Shown one piece after another: positions 51,458 through 62,201 of a DNA stretch of 64,000 nucleotides (positions are counted from its first letter, which is position 1; every line of letters starts with the position of its first letter). The DNA lies in assembly GCA_963744145.1 (NCBI GenBank), contig CAVUSO010000001.1, positions 6,208,001 to 6,272,000 of the forward strand. Reading direction: 5' to 3'. This DNA comes from an uncultured cyanobacterium (lineage in GTDB: Bacteria; Cyanobacteriota; Cyanobacteriia; Cyanobacteriales; CAWUOF01). The notes beneath the pieces were generated by a model that was given only the letters and a program-made list of their open reading frames with translations, did not search any database and was not told the DNA's origin. The position numbers were made by a program, and so were the translations under genes.

Positions 51458-53037
51458 AGTAGTCGGACAAAAGTAATAGGTACTGTATTAACTTTTGTAA
51501 AACGTATGGGTCAAGCAATAAGCTGGACAAAGTCATCGAAAAATTAGTCCAATCTGGGGAAGATTGGCCAAAGAAGTGGCTGGACAATGGGAGCAAAAAA
51601 TTAGACTTATTTTGGTAATTAAGGGGATAAGTGAGGTCGATTTTAGCTTCAAAAAAAACACCCTGATTGTGAAATAATTATAGAGCTAACTTAAAAGTTT
51701 GAAGAAAATGTCATCTCCTCCTTTGAGAATATTTTTAACATCTGCGGAAAATCAAACCTTATGGGAATTAAATAGAGCCGAGGGAGTTCCACTAAGAACA
51801 AGAGATCGGGCTGCGACCTTGAGATTATCATCAATGGGATGGAAAGTGGAACAGATCGGCAAGTATCTGAACTGGTCAATTAAGACAGTGAGAGCCACAA
51901 TACATCGTTGGGAAAAACAGGGATTAGCAGGATTATGGGATGCGCCTCGTCCGGGCAGGAAAAGAAAATGGAGTCAGGCAGATTTGGCAGAAATTGAAAA
52001 AAAACTAGAGACAGAGGAACGAGCTTATAATAGTCGTCAGTTAGTGAAATATCTAGCCCAGGAAAGGCAAGTAAAACTGAGCCAAAGACAGTTGCGTCGA
52101 ATCCTCAAAAAAAACTATCGGTGGAAAAGAACGAGAACATCTCTAAAAGGAAAGCAAGACCAGGAAAAAAGAGCAACTAAAAGAAATGATTTAGAGATGT
52201 TGGAATTCGCGGCAGCCGCGGGTGAAATATGTTTAAAATATTTGGATGAATCAGGATTTAGCCTGTGGGCTGAACCTGTATATACCTGGGGGAAAATCGG
52301 CCAACAGAAACAGATCAAACAGCCTAAAAAGAAAGGGAAAAGATTAAATATATGTGGATTTTTGGCCGTGGGAGAAAGCTTTGAATATGGATTAAGTTTT
52401 AAGAGTTTTGACAGTAAGAATTATATCAAATTAATGGATTGGCAAGCCGCGCAAGCGGAAACTAGATTGAAAGAAACGGGCAAAATAACTGTAATTGTCC
52501 AAGACCAATATTCCGTTCACGTAAGTAAATTGACGAAGAGCAACTATGATCAATGGGAAAAACAAGGATTATATATATTCCTATTATCCAGTTACTCTCC
52601 CGAATTAAATCTGATTGAAACGGAGTGGGAAAGAATCAAAGAAGATGAATTAGCTGGTCAAATGTTTGAGAATGAATATGAATTAACCATCGCGGTAAGA
52701 GCAGCAATCGAAGCTCGTCAAACTAGTAAGGGCTTAGAAGTAAAAAGATTTAGATTTGGTGGTCAGCCTAGCCAGGATGAACAAAAATCCTAATCGGGTT
52801 TATTCTAGTTCTAGTCAACCGGAAAAATTCCATTAATTGTTTAATGAGAGGCTGAGGCAAAACTGACCATATTTATAGTTAATAGAAAATCTGGAAATGC
52901 AGTTTTCTTACTCTCTAGTGAAACCTATTCAGTTGGACGGAGGGAATACTTTTATATGCTTTTCTCTGGTAAATTTGTGGGTCAAATTTACTCTTAAATA
53001 AAGTTAACATAGTTAACTTTATTTATGTCCGACTACT
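51458..53037 (+). mobile_element. IS630-family element, copy 2 (1580 bp)
   Basis: Same TIRs AGTAGTCGGACA; TA at 51456-57 and 53038-39. Confidence 0.92.
51708..52793 (+). CDS. IS630-family DDE transposase
   Basis: Translation identical to 10144..11238 in the ORF track. Confidence 0.92.
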   Translation: MSSPPLRIFLTSAENQTLWELNRAEGVPLRTRDRAATLRLSSMGWKVEQIGKYLNWSIKTVRATIHRWEKQGLAGLWDAPRPGRKRKWSQADLAEIEKKLETEERAYNSRQLVKYLAQERQVKLSQRQLRRILKKNYRWKRTRTSLKGKQDQEKRATKRNDLEMLEFAAAAGEICLKYLDESGFSLWAEPVYTWGKIGQQKQIKQPKKKGKRLNICGFLAVGESFEYGLSFKSFDSKNYIKLMDWQAAQAETRLKETGKITVIVQDQYSVHVSKLTKSNYDQWEKQGLYIFLLSSYSPELNLIETEWERIKEDELAGQMFENEYELTIAVRAAIEARQTSKGLEVKRFRFGGQPSQDEQKS

Positions 53038-54120
53038 TAAACACGCCTTCATATCTGGACAACCAGTACATAAAGTGTAGAGATGGCCAGTCTCAGTAGG
53101 GGCGTATTGCATACGCCCGCGTATAGCAATACGCCCCTGCTACGTTACTTGGGTCATGGCACCTATGAGTGCTTTCCAGCTTGTAGCTCTGCCGTTCAGT
53201 TTTAAACATTCCTATTTAGCTCAAGAAAGTGAACTGAACTTGACAAGCCTAAGTAACATTGACGAGGAAACAATTACCTGAGTAATCAGAGTTTTAAACG
53301 CCATATCGAAGCGGGTCTGAAAAGAACAATATCGTAGCTTCTATCTGTAATGCCAGCAGATATGCCAGAGAGAATCACCACTTTTGAAGCGCAAAGGTGT
53401 TCTTTTTTTTTGATTAAGGTCGTTTAGTCCATATTTGTCCACATATTCGGCGATTAGAGGTGATCCGATCGAAGCAAAGGCCAACTCGCCCCACGCCGGT
53501 CAAAAACACCAGTTGTTCCTGACCACTTAATTTTTTCTGGATCTGGTCAATAACTTGGGCAGGACGCACTAGAGGAAAAATAGTTTTACTCAGAACGGCA
53601 CTACCTTTAGTTGCTTCCAAATCAAATGCTTTCTGCAAAACTCCCCTTCCTTGCAAAATTTTCAGAACGACATAGCAGAGGTTAATCTCCTCTACTTTCA
53701 GATGATGGGAAGAATTTGTCAATTGCGGCATTAAACGAGCAACCTGCTGCTGCACTAATGGCTCATGTTCGGGGTCATAATCAAATATATAAAAGCCAAT
53801 TTCATTACCAATCCCGCGATTGTTAAGTAAGCGAGAGTCTTGTAAAACCAGGAGTAAATTGTCAAGACGTTGCTGAATAGTTGGCGTAGATATATCTTTT
53901 ATGCTGTTGGGTTGATTAAATACCAAACCGTAACATCATGATAAAACATGAGTTCGGGTTAAGCCGCAGACAGTAAGTTGTGGTCAAAAATTGTTGTGAG
54001 AGAGCCTGTTCGGGCTATATGCCAGTTTATTGTGCCAGTTTTTCTCTGTAAGACTTGTCTTATACGTTGATTATGTAGTAAGACTATATTAGCGACTCAT
54101 GTAAGACTAGGTAAAACAAT

Positions 54121-54618
54121 ATGGCCAAATTATTCAATTTTCGTTGTCCCAAGGACTTAATGGGGCAAATCGAAGTGATTGCTAATCAAGAGGGTCTAAA
54201 CAAATCGGGAACTACAATCAAGCTGATCCAGTTAGGGATTGAAGCATTGACCAATGGGGTAAAATCCGAGCTAGAACTAGATCATCAGGATGTAAGACAA
54301 GATCGCGATCGCATCAAACAGCAAGTCCAGCAAGCAGTAAGACAAGAACTAGAAGCTCATTTACTGGGGATGGTGGAGGTTTGTATAAAAAGATTAATTG
54401 AGGGTGAACAGGTCAAAATCAATACTGATTTTCTCCAACTCCCTCCTGAACTAAATCCAATTCCCACTAATCAAATTCCCACTGAACTTACGCAACTGTT
54501 GGACAATTTGCTACTGGAAAACGAAAACCTCAAAAGTAAACTATACAAAGTCCAAATGGAACTGGTTCAACTTCAAGAGGAAAATCACAAGTTGCGAACT
54601 AAACTCAATTCTGCTTAA
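54121..54618 (+). CDS. Ribbon-helix-helix (CopG-like) DNA-binding protein with coiled-coil tail
   Basis: FNFRCPKDLMGQIEVIANQEGLNKSGTTIKLIQLGI beta-alpha-alpha pattern; heptad-rich C-terminus. Confidence 0.6.
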   Translation: MAKLFNFRCPKDLMGQIEVIANQEGLNKSGTTIKLIQLGIEALTNGVKSELELDHQDVRQDRDRIKQQVQQAVRQELEAHLLGMVEVCIKRLIEGEQVKINTDFLQLPPELNPIPTNQIPTELTQLLDNLLLENENLKSKLYKVQMELVQLQEENHKLRTKLNSA

Positions 54619-54804
54619 AAAATAGATAGCGCAATTATTAGTTATGGTGCAACGAGTCCCTCCTAAATATACTGACGATCCAAACTTATTTGCGCTATTG
54701 AACAAAACGAGAAGATAAAATGATTAATTTTCATCTAGTTGCTTGACTTAATCTAAAAAAACAACTAGAGGACCTTGATATAATCAGAAAAAAAATAACC
54801 AAGG

Positions 54805-55587
54805 ATGGTCGAAATGGTAACTCTAGTCACCAATACTCAATCACCTTCAGGAATAGTGATCACTTGGGAACCCTTACCGGATAATTTTGAGCTAGAGGAT
54901 GAACCAGTGGAAAATACAGGACAACCCCTGTTAGCTGGAGCTTTACGGGAAAGTTTAGAAATCGCTGGTTTTATTCAACCCCAGATGTTAATCGCTTCCA
55001 ACCTTGGTCTTGGTGCTACCATTAACGGGGAATTTATTGCCAAAGCACCAGATTGGGTCTATGTCCCATCAGTCAAGGAGATATCAGGAGAACGTCCGAG
55101 CTATACACCCCATTTAGAAGGAGAAATTCCCACTATAGTAATGGAATTTTTATCAAATAAAGATGGTGGTGAATACTCTTTCAAACGTACTTATCCCCCA
55201 GGAAAATGGTTTTTTTATGAACAAATCTTGCAAGTTCCTATCTATATAATCTTTGAGCCAGATGGGGGATTATTAGAATATTATCACCTCGAACAGGGAC
55301 ATTATGAATTAAAGCAACCCGATGAAAATGGTCGTCATTGGATTGAGGAAATGAAATTATTTTTAGGAACTTGGCGAGGGGTAAAAGAGTGCAGAAATGG
55401 GTATTGGTTAAGATGGTGGGATCAAGAGGGGAATTTATTACCTTGGGCAGTGGAAAAAATTACCCAGGAACAACAACGGGCTGAACAGGAAAAACTACGG
55501 GCTGAACGGGCAAGTCAGGAAAAAGATAGGTTGATTGCTTATTTGCAATCTCAAGGTATCGATCCTAATAACTTGCCTAATTTTTAG
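54805..55587 (+). CDS. Uma2-family endonuclease
   Basis: KAPDWVYV, IVMEFLS and WLRWWDQEGNLL..EQQRAEQEK tail. Confidence 0.9.
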   Translation: MVEMVTLVTNTQSPSGIVITWEPLPDNFELEDEPVENTGQPLLAGALRESLEIAGFIQPQMLIASNLGLGATINGEFIAKAPDWVYVPSVKEISGERPSYTPHLEGEIPTIVMEFLSNKDGGEYSFKRTYPPGKWFFYEQILQVPIYIIFEPDGGLLEYYHLEQGHYELKQPDENGRHWIEEMKLFLGTWRGVKECRNGYWLRWWDQEGNLLPWAVEKITQEQQRAEQEKLRAERASQEKDRLIAYLQSQGIDPNNLPNF

Positions 55588-55595
55588 AACAATAA

Positions 55596-55624
55596 GTAGA
55601 GACGTTCCACCGGAACGTCTTTAC
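55596..55624. repeat. GTAG-REP hairpin or bidirectional terminator between convergent genes
   Basis: GTAGAGACGTTCC-ACC-GGAACGTCTTTAC. Confidence 0.6.
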
Positions 55625-55644
55625 TTGATTATTCATATTGATCA

Positions 55645-56736
55645 TCACCAATCCGTATCTTGATATAATTCAGGTAAATTTTGATGTTCAGTCCGACGAG
55701 AAAGACGACGGTATTTTTTAGTTTTCAATCTCGGTTCATATTGGTTTTTGCCGCGCTTATTGGTAGCTTTCAAAGTTGAATCCGGATCACTTTGTTGATG
55801 CAGATATTCTTGATTTATCAGCGCTTCTTCTAATAACTCCAAATAAATATCATATCTTTCCCAATCACCCCGAACAATACAATTAGGTTCATCCCGATGT
55901 AAACAATCACTAAACTGACATCTTCCTGTTGCTAATCGTTGCTGTATTTCTGGAAAATATAAAGCTAATTCCTCCGGGGCACTATCTAGATCCGGTTGAT
56001 TAAACCCAGGAGTATCTGCTAATAAACCCCCAGATGGTAACGGAAATAACTCCACATGACGGGTAGTATGACGACCTCGATTCAATTTCCCAGAAACTGC
56101 GGCTACTCGCAAATTAATACTCGGAATCAGATAATTAATTAAACTAGATTTCCCCACTCCAGATGGACCAGTAATAATCGTAATTTTATCTCCCAATTGA
56201 TGACTAAGTTCTCCTAAACCTAACGCATGATAAATACTAATAAAAATCGGTTCATATCCCCATTCTTGTAAACGATTTTGCCAATCTCTCTTTTCGATAT
56301 CTGTGGCTAAATCACTTTTATTTAAACCTAAACATACTTTTAATTCTGTCGATTCCGCTTTCACCAAAAATCTAGTTAATTGATAAGGATCTAACACTGG
56401 TTCAGCTAAAGCAAAAACTAATAAAATTTGATTGGCATTAGCGACAGGTGGTCGATCAAGTTCGGTTTGACGGGGTAAAACATCTGCGATCGCCCCCCTT
56501 CCCCCAGTCCAATCCGGTTCCTCTACCACCACCCGATCGCCAACCATCACCTGCTGTCCAATTTTCTTCAAACGAGTACGACGGGTGCATAAAAGCCAAG
56601 GAAAAGAAGAAACCACTGGATCTTCTCTTCCCCCATCTAACTGCACTTGGTAGTAATTTGCCTGCACTGCTAGAACTGTACCCAATAGCCGTTCCTCAGC
56701 TGTAGAGGGGCAGATATCTGCGACAGTTGCACTCAT
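55645..56736 (-). CDS. rsgA: Ribosome small subunit-dependent GTPase A
   Basis: NKSDL, GPSGVGKSS, GRHTTR, DTPGF and CQFSDCLHRDEPNC. Confidence 0.95.
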   Translation of the reverse strand: MSATVADICPSTAEERLLGTVLAVQANYYQVQLDGGREDPVVSSFPWLLCTRRTRLKKIGQQVMVGDRVVVEEPDWTGGRGAIADVLPRQTELDRPPVANANQILLVFALAEPVLDPYQLTRFLVKAESTELKVCLGLNKSDLATDIEKRDWQNRLQEWGYEPIFISIYHALGLGELSHQLGDKITIITGPSGVGKSSLINYLIPSINLRVAAVSGKLNRGRHTTRHVELFPLPSGGLLADTPGFNQPDLDSAPEELALYFPEIQQRLATGRCQFSDCLHRDEPNCIVRGDWERYDIYLELLEEALINQEYLHQQSDPDSTLKATNKRGKNQYEPRLKTKKYRRLSRRTEHQNLPELYQDTDW

Positions 56737-57002
56737 GTAGTCGGTGCCGGATGTCTCACTTTAAGAGCAAAAAAACCCATCCGATCTTCAATTTGCTCTA
56801 CTACATAACCTTCCATCGTCAAGCTATCAGGTACTTGCTCGATCGGCTCTCCTGAATCAAGCCAAACTTCTAACAGTTCTCCAGGAGCCATTTTTTCCAA
56901 CCGCAGTTTCGTCCGCACGAAATTAATCGGACAAGGTGTGCCTCGTAGATCTAATTGAGCATCAGGAGTTGTCGATGAGGTAGAGATAGCCGAATTACTC
57001 AT
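56733..57002 (-). CDS. TusA/SirA-family sulfur carrier
   Basis: [16 protein letters not shown] motif. Confidence 0.9.
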   Translation of the reverse strand: MSNSAISTSSTTPDAQLDLRGTPCPINFVRTKLRLEKMAPGELLEVWLDSGEPIEQVPDSLTMEGYVVEQIEDRMGFFALKVRHPAPTT

Positions 57003-58117
57003 CCTCGAAAAAACCCTCCTAAAAACCCTTCTAAACCACCTTTTCCAGCGCGATCGCCTTTAATTTTTGCCAATTTCTCCAGTAATTCCCGCTCTTCTGC
57101 GGTCAGACGATTCGGAATCTCAATTCCCACCGTGATCAAATGATTACCACGCTTAACGGGATTACCTAACATCGGTACACCACGATTCTCCATCGTCAGC
57201 ACCGTATTTGGTTGAGTACCTGGAGGAATCGTTAACTCTACTTGACCATCTACCGTGGGGACTTCCAGACGACAGCCGAGAATCGCTTGCAAATAACTAA
57301 TTTTGATTTCCGAGCGAATATTCAGTCCATCGCGCTGAAACTCAGCATCTTCATTAACAAACAAGTAGACATACAAATCTCCAGCCGGACCATTTCTTTG
57401 TCCTGCATCTCCTTCACCAGCAACACGCAAGCGAGTGCCATTATCTACTCCTGGGGGAATACTAATTTTTAATTTCTTAGTAACTTGCTTTTGACCTTTC
57501 CCACCACAAGGATCGCATTTTTCTTCAATTACCTGACCACTACCATTACAAGTGGGACAGACAGAAACTTGAGTAAAGCTACCAAAGGGAGTCCGAGTCG
57601 CACGACGCACTTGACCAGAACCGCTACAAGTTGAGCAGGTAGTGGGTCGCGTTCCGGGTTTCGCCCCAGTGCCGCTACAGACCTCACAGGTTTCTTGATG
57701 ACCAATCCGAATTTCTTTTTCGCCACCAAATACAGCTTCTCGGAATTCCAGTTTCAAGTCTAAGCGTAGATCATCCCCTCTGACCGGACCGGACCGTCGG
57801 CGAGTTTGACTACCCATCCCACCGGCAAAGTTACCAAAGAAGGTTTCAAAGATATCAGCAAAGTTACCAATATCTCCCATATCCCCCATTCCTGCGCCAT
57901 TCAGTCCCGCTTCGCCATAACGGTTATAGCGATCGCGCGTTTCTGGTTCTGAGAGAACTTCATAAGCACGATTAATCTCTTTAAAGTGTTCTTCAGCGCC
58001 AGCTTCTTTATTGACATCTGGGTGATATTTCCGCGCTAGACGGCGGTAGGAGCGTTTTATTTCTTCTTTGTCTGCGTCGCGAGAGACGCCAAGAATTTCA
58101 TAGTAATCGCGGGCCAT
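56999..58117 (-). CDS. dnaJ: Chaperone DnaJ (type A)
   Basis: J-domain HPD; G/F region; four CxxCxGxG zinc repeats. Confidence 0.97.
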   Translation of the reverse strand: MARDYYEILGVSRDADKEEIKRSYRRLARKYHPDVNKEAGAEEHFKEINRAYEVLSEPETRDRYNRYGEAGLNGAGMGDMGDIGNFADIFETFFGNFAGGMGSQTRRRSGPVRGDDLRLDLKLEFREAVFGGEKEIRIGHQETCEVCSGTGAKPGTRPTTCSTCSGSGQVRRATRTPFGSFTQVSVCPTCNGSGQVIEEKCDPCGGKGQKQVTKKLKISIPPGVDNGTRLRVAGEGDAGQRNGPAGDLYVYLFVNEDAEFQRDGLNIRSEIKISYLQAILGCRLEVPTVDGQVELTIPPGTQPNTVLTMENRGVPMLGNPVKRGNHLITVGIEIPNRLTAEERELLEKLAKIKGDRAGKGGLEGFLGGFFRG

Positions 58118-58196
58118 ATAGCTATTTAGCTGGGGTAAAAAATCAGAAGTTTACAAAACCACCAAAACGATCTCCTTCATCACTGAATTGAAATCG

Positions 58197-60320
58197 CTAT
58201 TTCTTTTCATCAGTATTTCCGGGATCTATCCCAAAGAAATTTTCATAGGAATCTCCCTCCTGTGACCCAAAAGGATTGTTGTTATCTGGGGTTGAGGTGT
58301 TCTCAAAGAAAAATTCCAGTCCATTACCATCACTATTATTAGTTTCTGGGGTGGAAGGGCTTTCAAAAAACAAGTCCACTCCACTCGGATCGCCATTGCT
58401 AGTTGATGGCCCGGTTTTATTCTGATAATTGATCAGAGCTTCACTTGGGCTACTACTAGCGGCTGGATCTGAGTGACCAGATTCTGGCGGGTTGGCCTGG
58501 GGATCTCGGTTTGATTGCTGATAAACTGAAGCCCCTAGTGCATATAATGTCTGTTGAAAGTCATCAATGCGCTGCTTCATTTCCTCATAGCTAATCGACT
58601 GATTGGCGATCGCCGCCCGTAATTCTTGGGCTTTTTGATCAGTTTCAGCTTTAATTTGTTCGGGAATCAAGTCTACATGGTCTCTTAATGTCGCCTCATA
58701 ATTATAAAATAGGCTATCTGCTTGATTTTTCAGCTCAATAGTTTGTTTGCGGACTCGGTCTTCTTCGGCAAATATATCTGCTTCTTGACGCATCCGTTCG
58801 ATTTCGCTTTCGCTCAAGCCACCTGTATTAGTAATTTTAATACTTTGTTCACGACCTGTACCTCTGTCTTGCGCTGACACTTTCAGAATTCCATTAGCAT
58901 CAATGTCAAAGGATACTTCTATTTGGGGCACTCCTCTTGGTGCTGGAGGAATACCAGTTAGTAAGAACCTCCCTAAAGATTTATTATCTTTAGCCATCGC
59001 CCGCTCACCTTGCAACACATGGATTTCTACCGTAGTTTGTCCATCTGTCGCGGTCGAGAACATCTGGGATTTACTGGTCGGGATCGTAGTATTCCGATCA
59101 ATAATTTTTGTGAATACTTCTCCTAAAGTTTCAATTCCCAAGGACAAAGGAGTGACATCCAATAGCAGCACATCTTGGACTTCACCACCTAACACACCAC
59201 CTTGAATTGCTGCACCAAGTGCTACAGATTCATCGGGATTAACTGACCGATCTGGTTCTCTCCCACCAAAAAACTTCCGAATCGCTTCTTGGACTGCGGG
59301 AATTCGGGTTGACCCCCCAACTAAGATGATTTTGTTGATATCTTCTGGATCTAAACTACTATCTTTGAGGGCTTGAATTACTGGTTGCATGGTACTTTCG
59401 ATCAAATGCTTGACCAGTTCCTCAAATTTAGTTTTTGTCAGTTCCATCTCCAGATGTTTTGGCCCGGTTTCATCCGCCGCGATGAAGGGCAAGTTAATGG
59501 AAGTTTTAGCTCTACTCGACACATCGATTTTAGCTTTTTCGGCAGCTTCTCGAATCCGCTGATAGGCCATTTTATCGGTGGACAGGTCAATTCCTTCTTT
59601 TTCGCGGAAATTATCCAGCATCCAATTCAGGACACAAATATCAAAGTCATCTCCTCCTAAGTGGTTATTTCCTGCGGTTGATTTGACTTCAAATACTCCA
59701 TCACCCAATTGCAAAACTGAGACATCAAAAGTACCTCCTCCTAAGTCAAAGACTAGGATTTTCTGGTTTTGATCTTGTTTATCTAATCCGTAGGATAGAG
59801 CTGCTGCGGTAGGTTCATTCACGATCCGCATTACTTCTAATCCCGCGATCGTCCCTGCATCTTTGGTCGCTTGACGTTGGGCATCAGTAAAGTAAGCGGG
59901 TACTGTGATTACCGCTTGGTGAACTGGTTCCCCTAAGTAGTTTTCCGCATCCTGCTTCAGTCTTTGCAAGATCATGGCTGATATTTCTTGGGGAGTATAG
60001 TTGCGTCCTCGAATTTGGACATCAACAGTATCGTCTCTACCTTGGACACATTTATAGGGAACTTGACCCCTTTCTTCTTCTGTGTCTTCCCAACGCCGAC
60101 CAATAAATCTTTTGATACTGTAAACCGTATTATCGGCATTAGTCACTGCTTGCCGTTTGGCCAATTGACCGACCAAGCGATCGCCACCTTTGCCAAAACC
60201 GACTATACTTGGGGTGGTGCGTCCACCTTCTGCGTTTGAAATGACGATGGGTTGACCACCCTCTAAAACAGCTACACAACTATTTGTCGTCCCCAGGTCA
60301 ATGCCAATTACTTTTCCCAT
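58197..60320 (-). CDS. dnaK: Chaperone DnaK
   Basis: [23 protein letters not shown] and LVGGSTRIP. Confidence 0.97.
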   Translation of the reverse strand: MGKVIGIDLGTTNSCVAVLEGGQPIVISNAEGGRTTPSIVGFGKGGDRLVGQLAKRQAVTNADNTVYSIKRFIGRRWEDTEEERGQVPYKCVQGRDDTVDVQIRGRNYTPQEISAMILQRLKQDAENYLGEPVHQAVITVPAYFTDAQRQATKDAGTIAGLEVMRIVNEPTAAALSYGLDKQDQNQKILVFDLGGGTFDVSVLQLGDGVFEVKSTAGNNHLGGDDFDICVLNWMLDNFREKEGIDLSTDKMAYQRIREAAEKAKIDVSSRAKTSINLPFIAADETGPKHLEMELTKTKFEELVKHLIESTMQPVIQALKDSSLDPEDINKIILVGGSTRIPAVQEAIRKFFGGREPDRSVNPDESVALGAAIQGGVLGGEVQDVLLLDVTPLSLGIETLGEVFTKIIDRNTTIPTSKSQMFSTATDGQTTVEIHVLQGERAMAKDNKSLGRFLLTGIPPAPRGVPQIEVSFDIDANGILKVSAQDRGTGREQSIKITNTGGLSESEIERMRQEADIFAEEDRVRKQTIELKNQADSLFYNYEATLRDHVDLIPEQIKAETDQKAQELRAAIANQSISYEEMKQRIDDFQQTLYALGASVYQQSNRDPQANPPESGHSDPAASSSPSEALINYQNKTGPSTSNGDPSGVDLFFESPSTPETNNSDGNGLEFFFENTSTPDNNNPFGSQEGDSYENFFGIDPGNTDEKK

Positions 60321-60463
60321 AGCTTGCGGCGATGAATGGATACAGAACTTTGTCAGGCATGGGCATACCTACTGTCTGGATCATTCCCCATTTTGGTGCA
60401 GAATTTTCTCGAGCAGCTTGGCCTGAACTTATTTACACTTCAGTTGAATCCGAATTTAACCCT

Positions 60464-61228
60464 TCAACTTTCCGAATCTGCCTCCTGATTTTCTTCTGAG
60501 GTTACCACGCTCTCATCTGGAGCTGCAACTTTTACCATGGCATGGCGCAACACCCGATCGCCTAGTACATATCCTCGTCTTAATTCTTCTACCACTGTTC
60601 CTTCTGGATGGTCTTTGGTGGGCAGACGCATTACTGCTTCATGTAAGTTCGGATCAAATGGACTTCCTTCTGGATACATCGCTGATACACCCAATCGCTT
60701 CAAGCCATCTACCAATTGCTTATAAACGCTTTGGTAGCTTTTATGAATGTTTTTTTCCGCTTCCGTTTGGGGTTTAATATGGGCTTTGGCCAATTCAAAA
60801 TTATCGATTACTGGCAATAAATCTTTGATTGTATTTCCTTTAATTTGTTGTTCGAGTTCTTCTTTTTCCTTCTGGTTACGTCTCCGGAAGTTTTCAAAAT
60901 CTGCTGCTAGACGTTTATATTGGTTGGTCATGTCAGCTAATTGCATCTTCAAAAATTCATTTTCTTGAGTCAATTCGGCTATAGCCGCTTGCTGACTGGC
61001 TAGCGTGGCTGCTGTTGCTTCTTGTTTTTTTGTTTCCGAATTCCATTCGGGTACTTGGCCATCTCCTTGGGCAAATGCTTCCGGATTTAATGCCATTGCT
61101 TCATAATCGATTTCTGCTTCCACGTTAGCGTTGGTTTGGACTTCTGGCACCCCAGTTACCGTTTCTACGGATTTTTCTGGATTCTGATTAGGTGCTTGAA
61201 TTGACTCTAGCTGATTTTCCTCGTTCAT
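60464..61228 (-). CDS. grpE: Nucleotide exchange factor GrpE
   Basis: RLAADFENFRRR, FDPNLHEA and GYVLGDRVLRHAMVKVA. Confidence 0.95.
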   Translation of the reverse strand: MNEENQLESIQAPNQNPEKSVETVTGVPEVQTNANVEAEIDYEAMALNPEAFAQGDGQVPEWNSETKKQEATAATLASQQAAIAELTQENEFLKMQLADMTNQYKRLAADFENFRRRNQKEKEELEQQIKGNTIKDLLPVIDNFELAKAHIKPQTEAEKNIHKSYQSVYKQLVDGLKRLGVSAMYPEGSPFDPNLHEAVMRLPTKDHPEGTVVEELRRGYVLGDRVLRHAMVKVAAPDESVVTSEENQEADSES

Positions 61229-61525
61229 TGTGCGCGAATCCCAGTTAAAATGTTGTCGTTAGCTACTCTATATGAACTACCGATTTTTGGTGCAATCTGG
61301 CTGCATCCTGAACTCACCTAGCTTCGCCCCAGGTTAAATCTTTTTTGTCATGATTTAACTTAACTTTACCTTGATTTTACCAGATTTCTGATTCTGGCTG
61401 GCTAATCTGTTGAAAAAAGGCCAGTTTTTGGACGGCGATCGCCAGGATCATCACCAGTTTCCACTAGCTTATAATAGCTTGCTTAGTTATATTACCTAAA
61501 CCTAGTCAAATTTAAGATCTGCTGA

Positions 61526-62188
61526 TTAAGGTTTGATCCGATTTATTTGTGACTGTCGATATTTAACTAATTTTCTTGCGCTTTGCCAGGATGGATAACT
61601 TAGGATAGTTACTAATGGTAGTCCGGTTAAAACTGTTGTCCATAGCCACACTGGCTGTTCTCCCTTAGTTTGTCCAAACAGTCCTAAGCTGATGCCAAAT
61701 AGTGATGCTAAGATCGGCATAGCGAAGGCAAATTCTTTCGGAACTCCTTTCAATTCCATCCACTTGCCAATTTTTCCAATTTCTAAAATTATCGCTAAGG
61801 GCAGGATCAAGATGATCATAAAGGCTGACAGGCTAATTAGCATGGTTGGCAGAATTTTCGCCAATAACATTTTTGTCCCCCAAGAAATAATTAGCCAAGC
61901 TTGACTCATGCCCAATAAAAAAGCGATACTGAGCATAAATAACAGACTGGTAATTAATATTCCCAGCAAAATACCACTGATAATTTCTCCAGGAGCTGAT
62001 TCGGGGTCATTCGTTAAATTAGCATCATTATTGCTTGGTAATGATGTTGTTGTCTGGTGATTTTCTTGGTTAAATTGCTCCGGTTGTTTGTTTAGCTTAA
62101 TCTGAGAATTTTCTGGTAATGGTATCCAACCGCTGCTATTTTCCGCATCTGTCTCAAAATTGGATAGGTTTTGATTATTTTGATCCAT
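61526..62188 (-). CDS. Hypothetical membrane protein
   Basis: Polar N-terminus, then about 4 TM helices; follows the kinase by 13 bp. Confidence 0.6.
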   Translation of the reverse strand: MDQNNQNLSNFETDAENSSGWIPLPENSQIKLNKQPEQFNQENHQTTTSLPSNNDANLTNDPESAPGEIISGILLGILITSLLFMLSIAFLLGMSQAWLIISWGTKMLLAKILPTMLISLSAFMIILILPLAIILEIGKIGKWMELKGVPKEFAFAMPILASLFGISLGLFGQTKGEQPVWLWTTVLTGLPLVTILSYPSWQSARKLVKYRQSQINRIKP

Positions 62189-62201
62189 ATCTTCTCCTAG
62201 T

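Larger units (their letters stand above)
51327..53926 (-). pseudogene. brxB: BREX BrxB (DUF1788), frameshifted and split by about 2 kb (IS630 + unrelated DNA)
   Basis: N-part 53466-53926: NRGIGNEIGFYIFDYDPEHE..LVFLTGVG/ASWPLLRS. C-part 51327-51447: HTILNNLHPVLER/IPLVMFFPGSYDGQELRLFNTFKDDN. Confidence 0.85.

Noticed and set aside
61255..61290. Possible CIRCE element upstream of grpE
   Set aside because: TTAGCTACTC only loosely resembles one arm, and the inverted second arm is absent.
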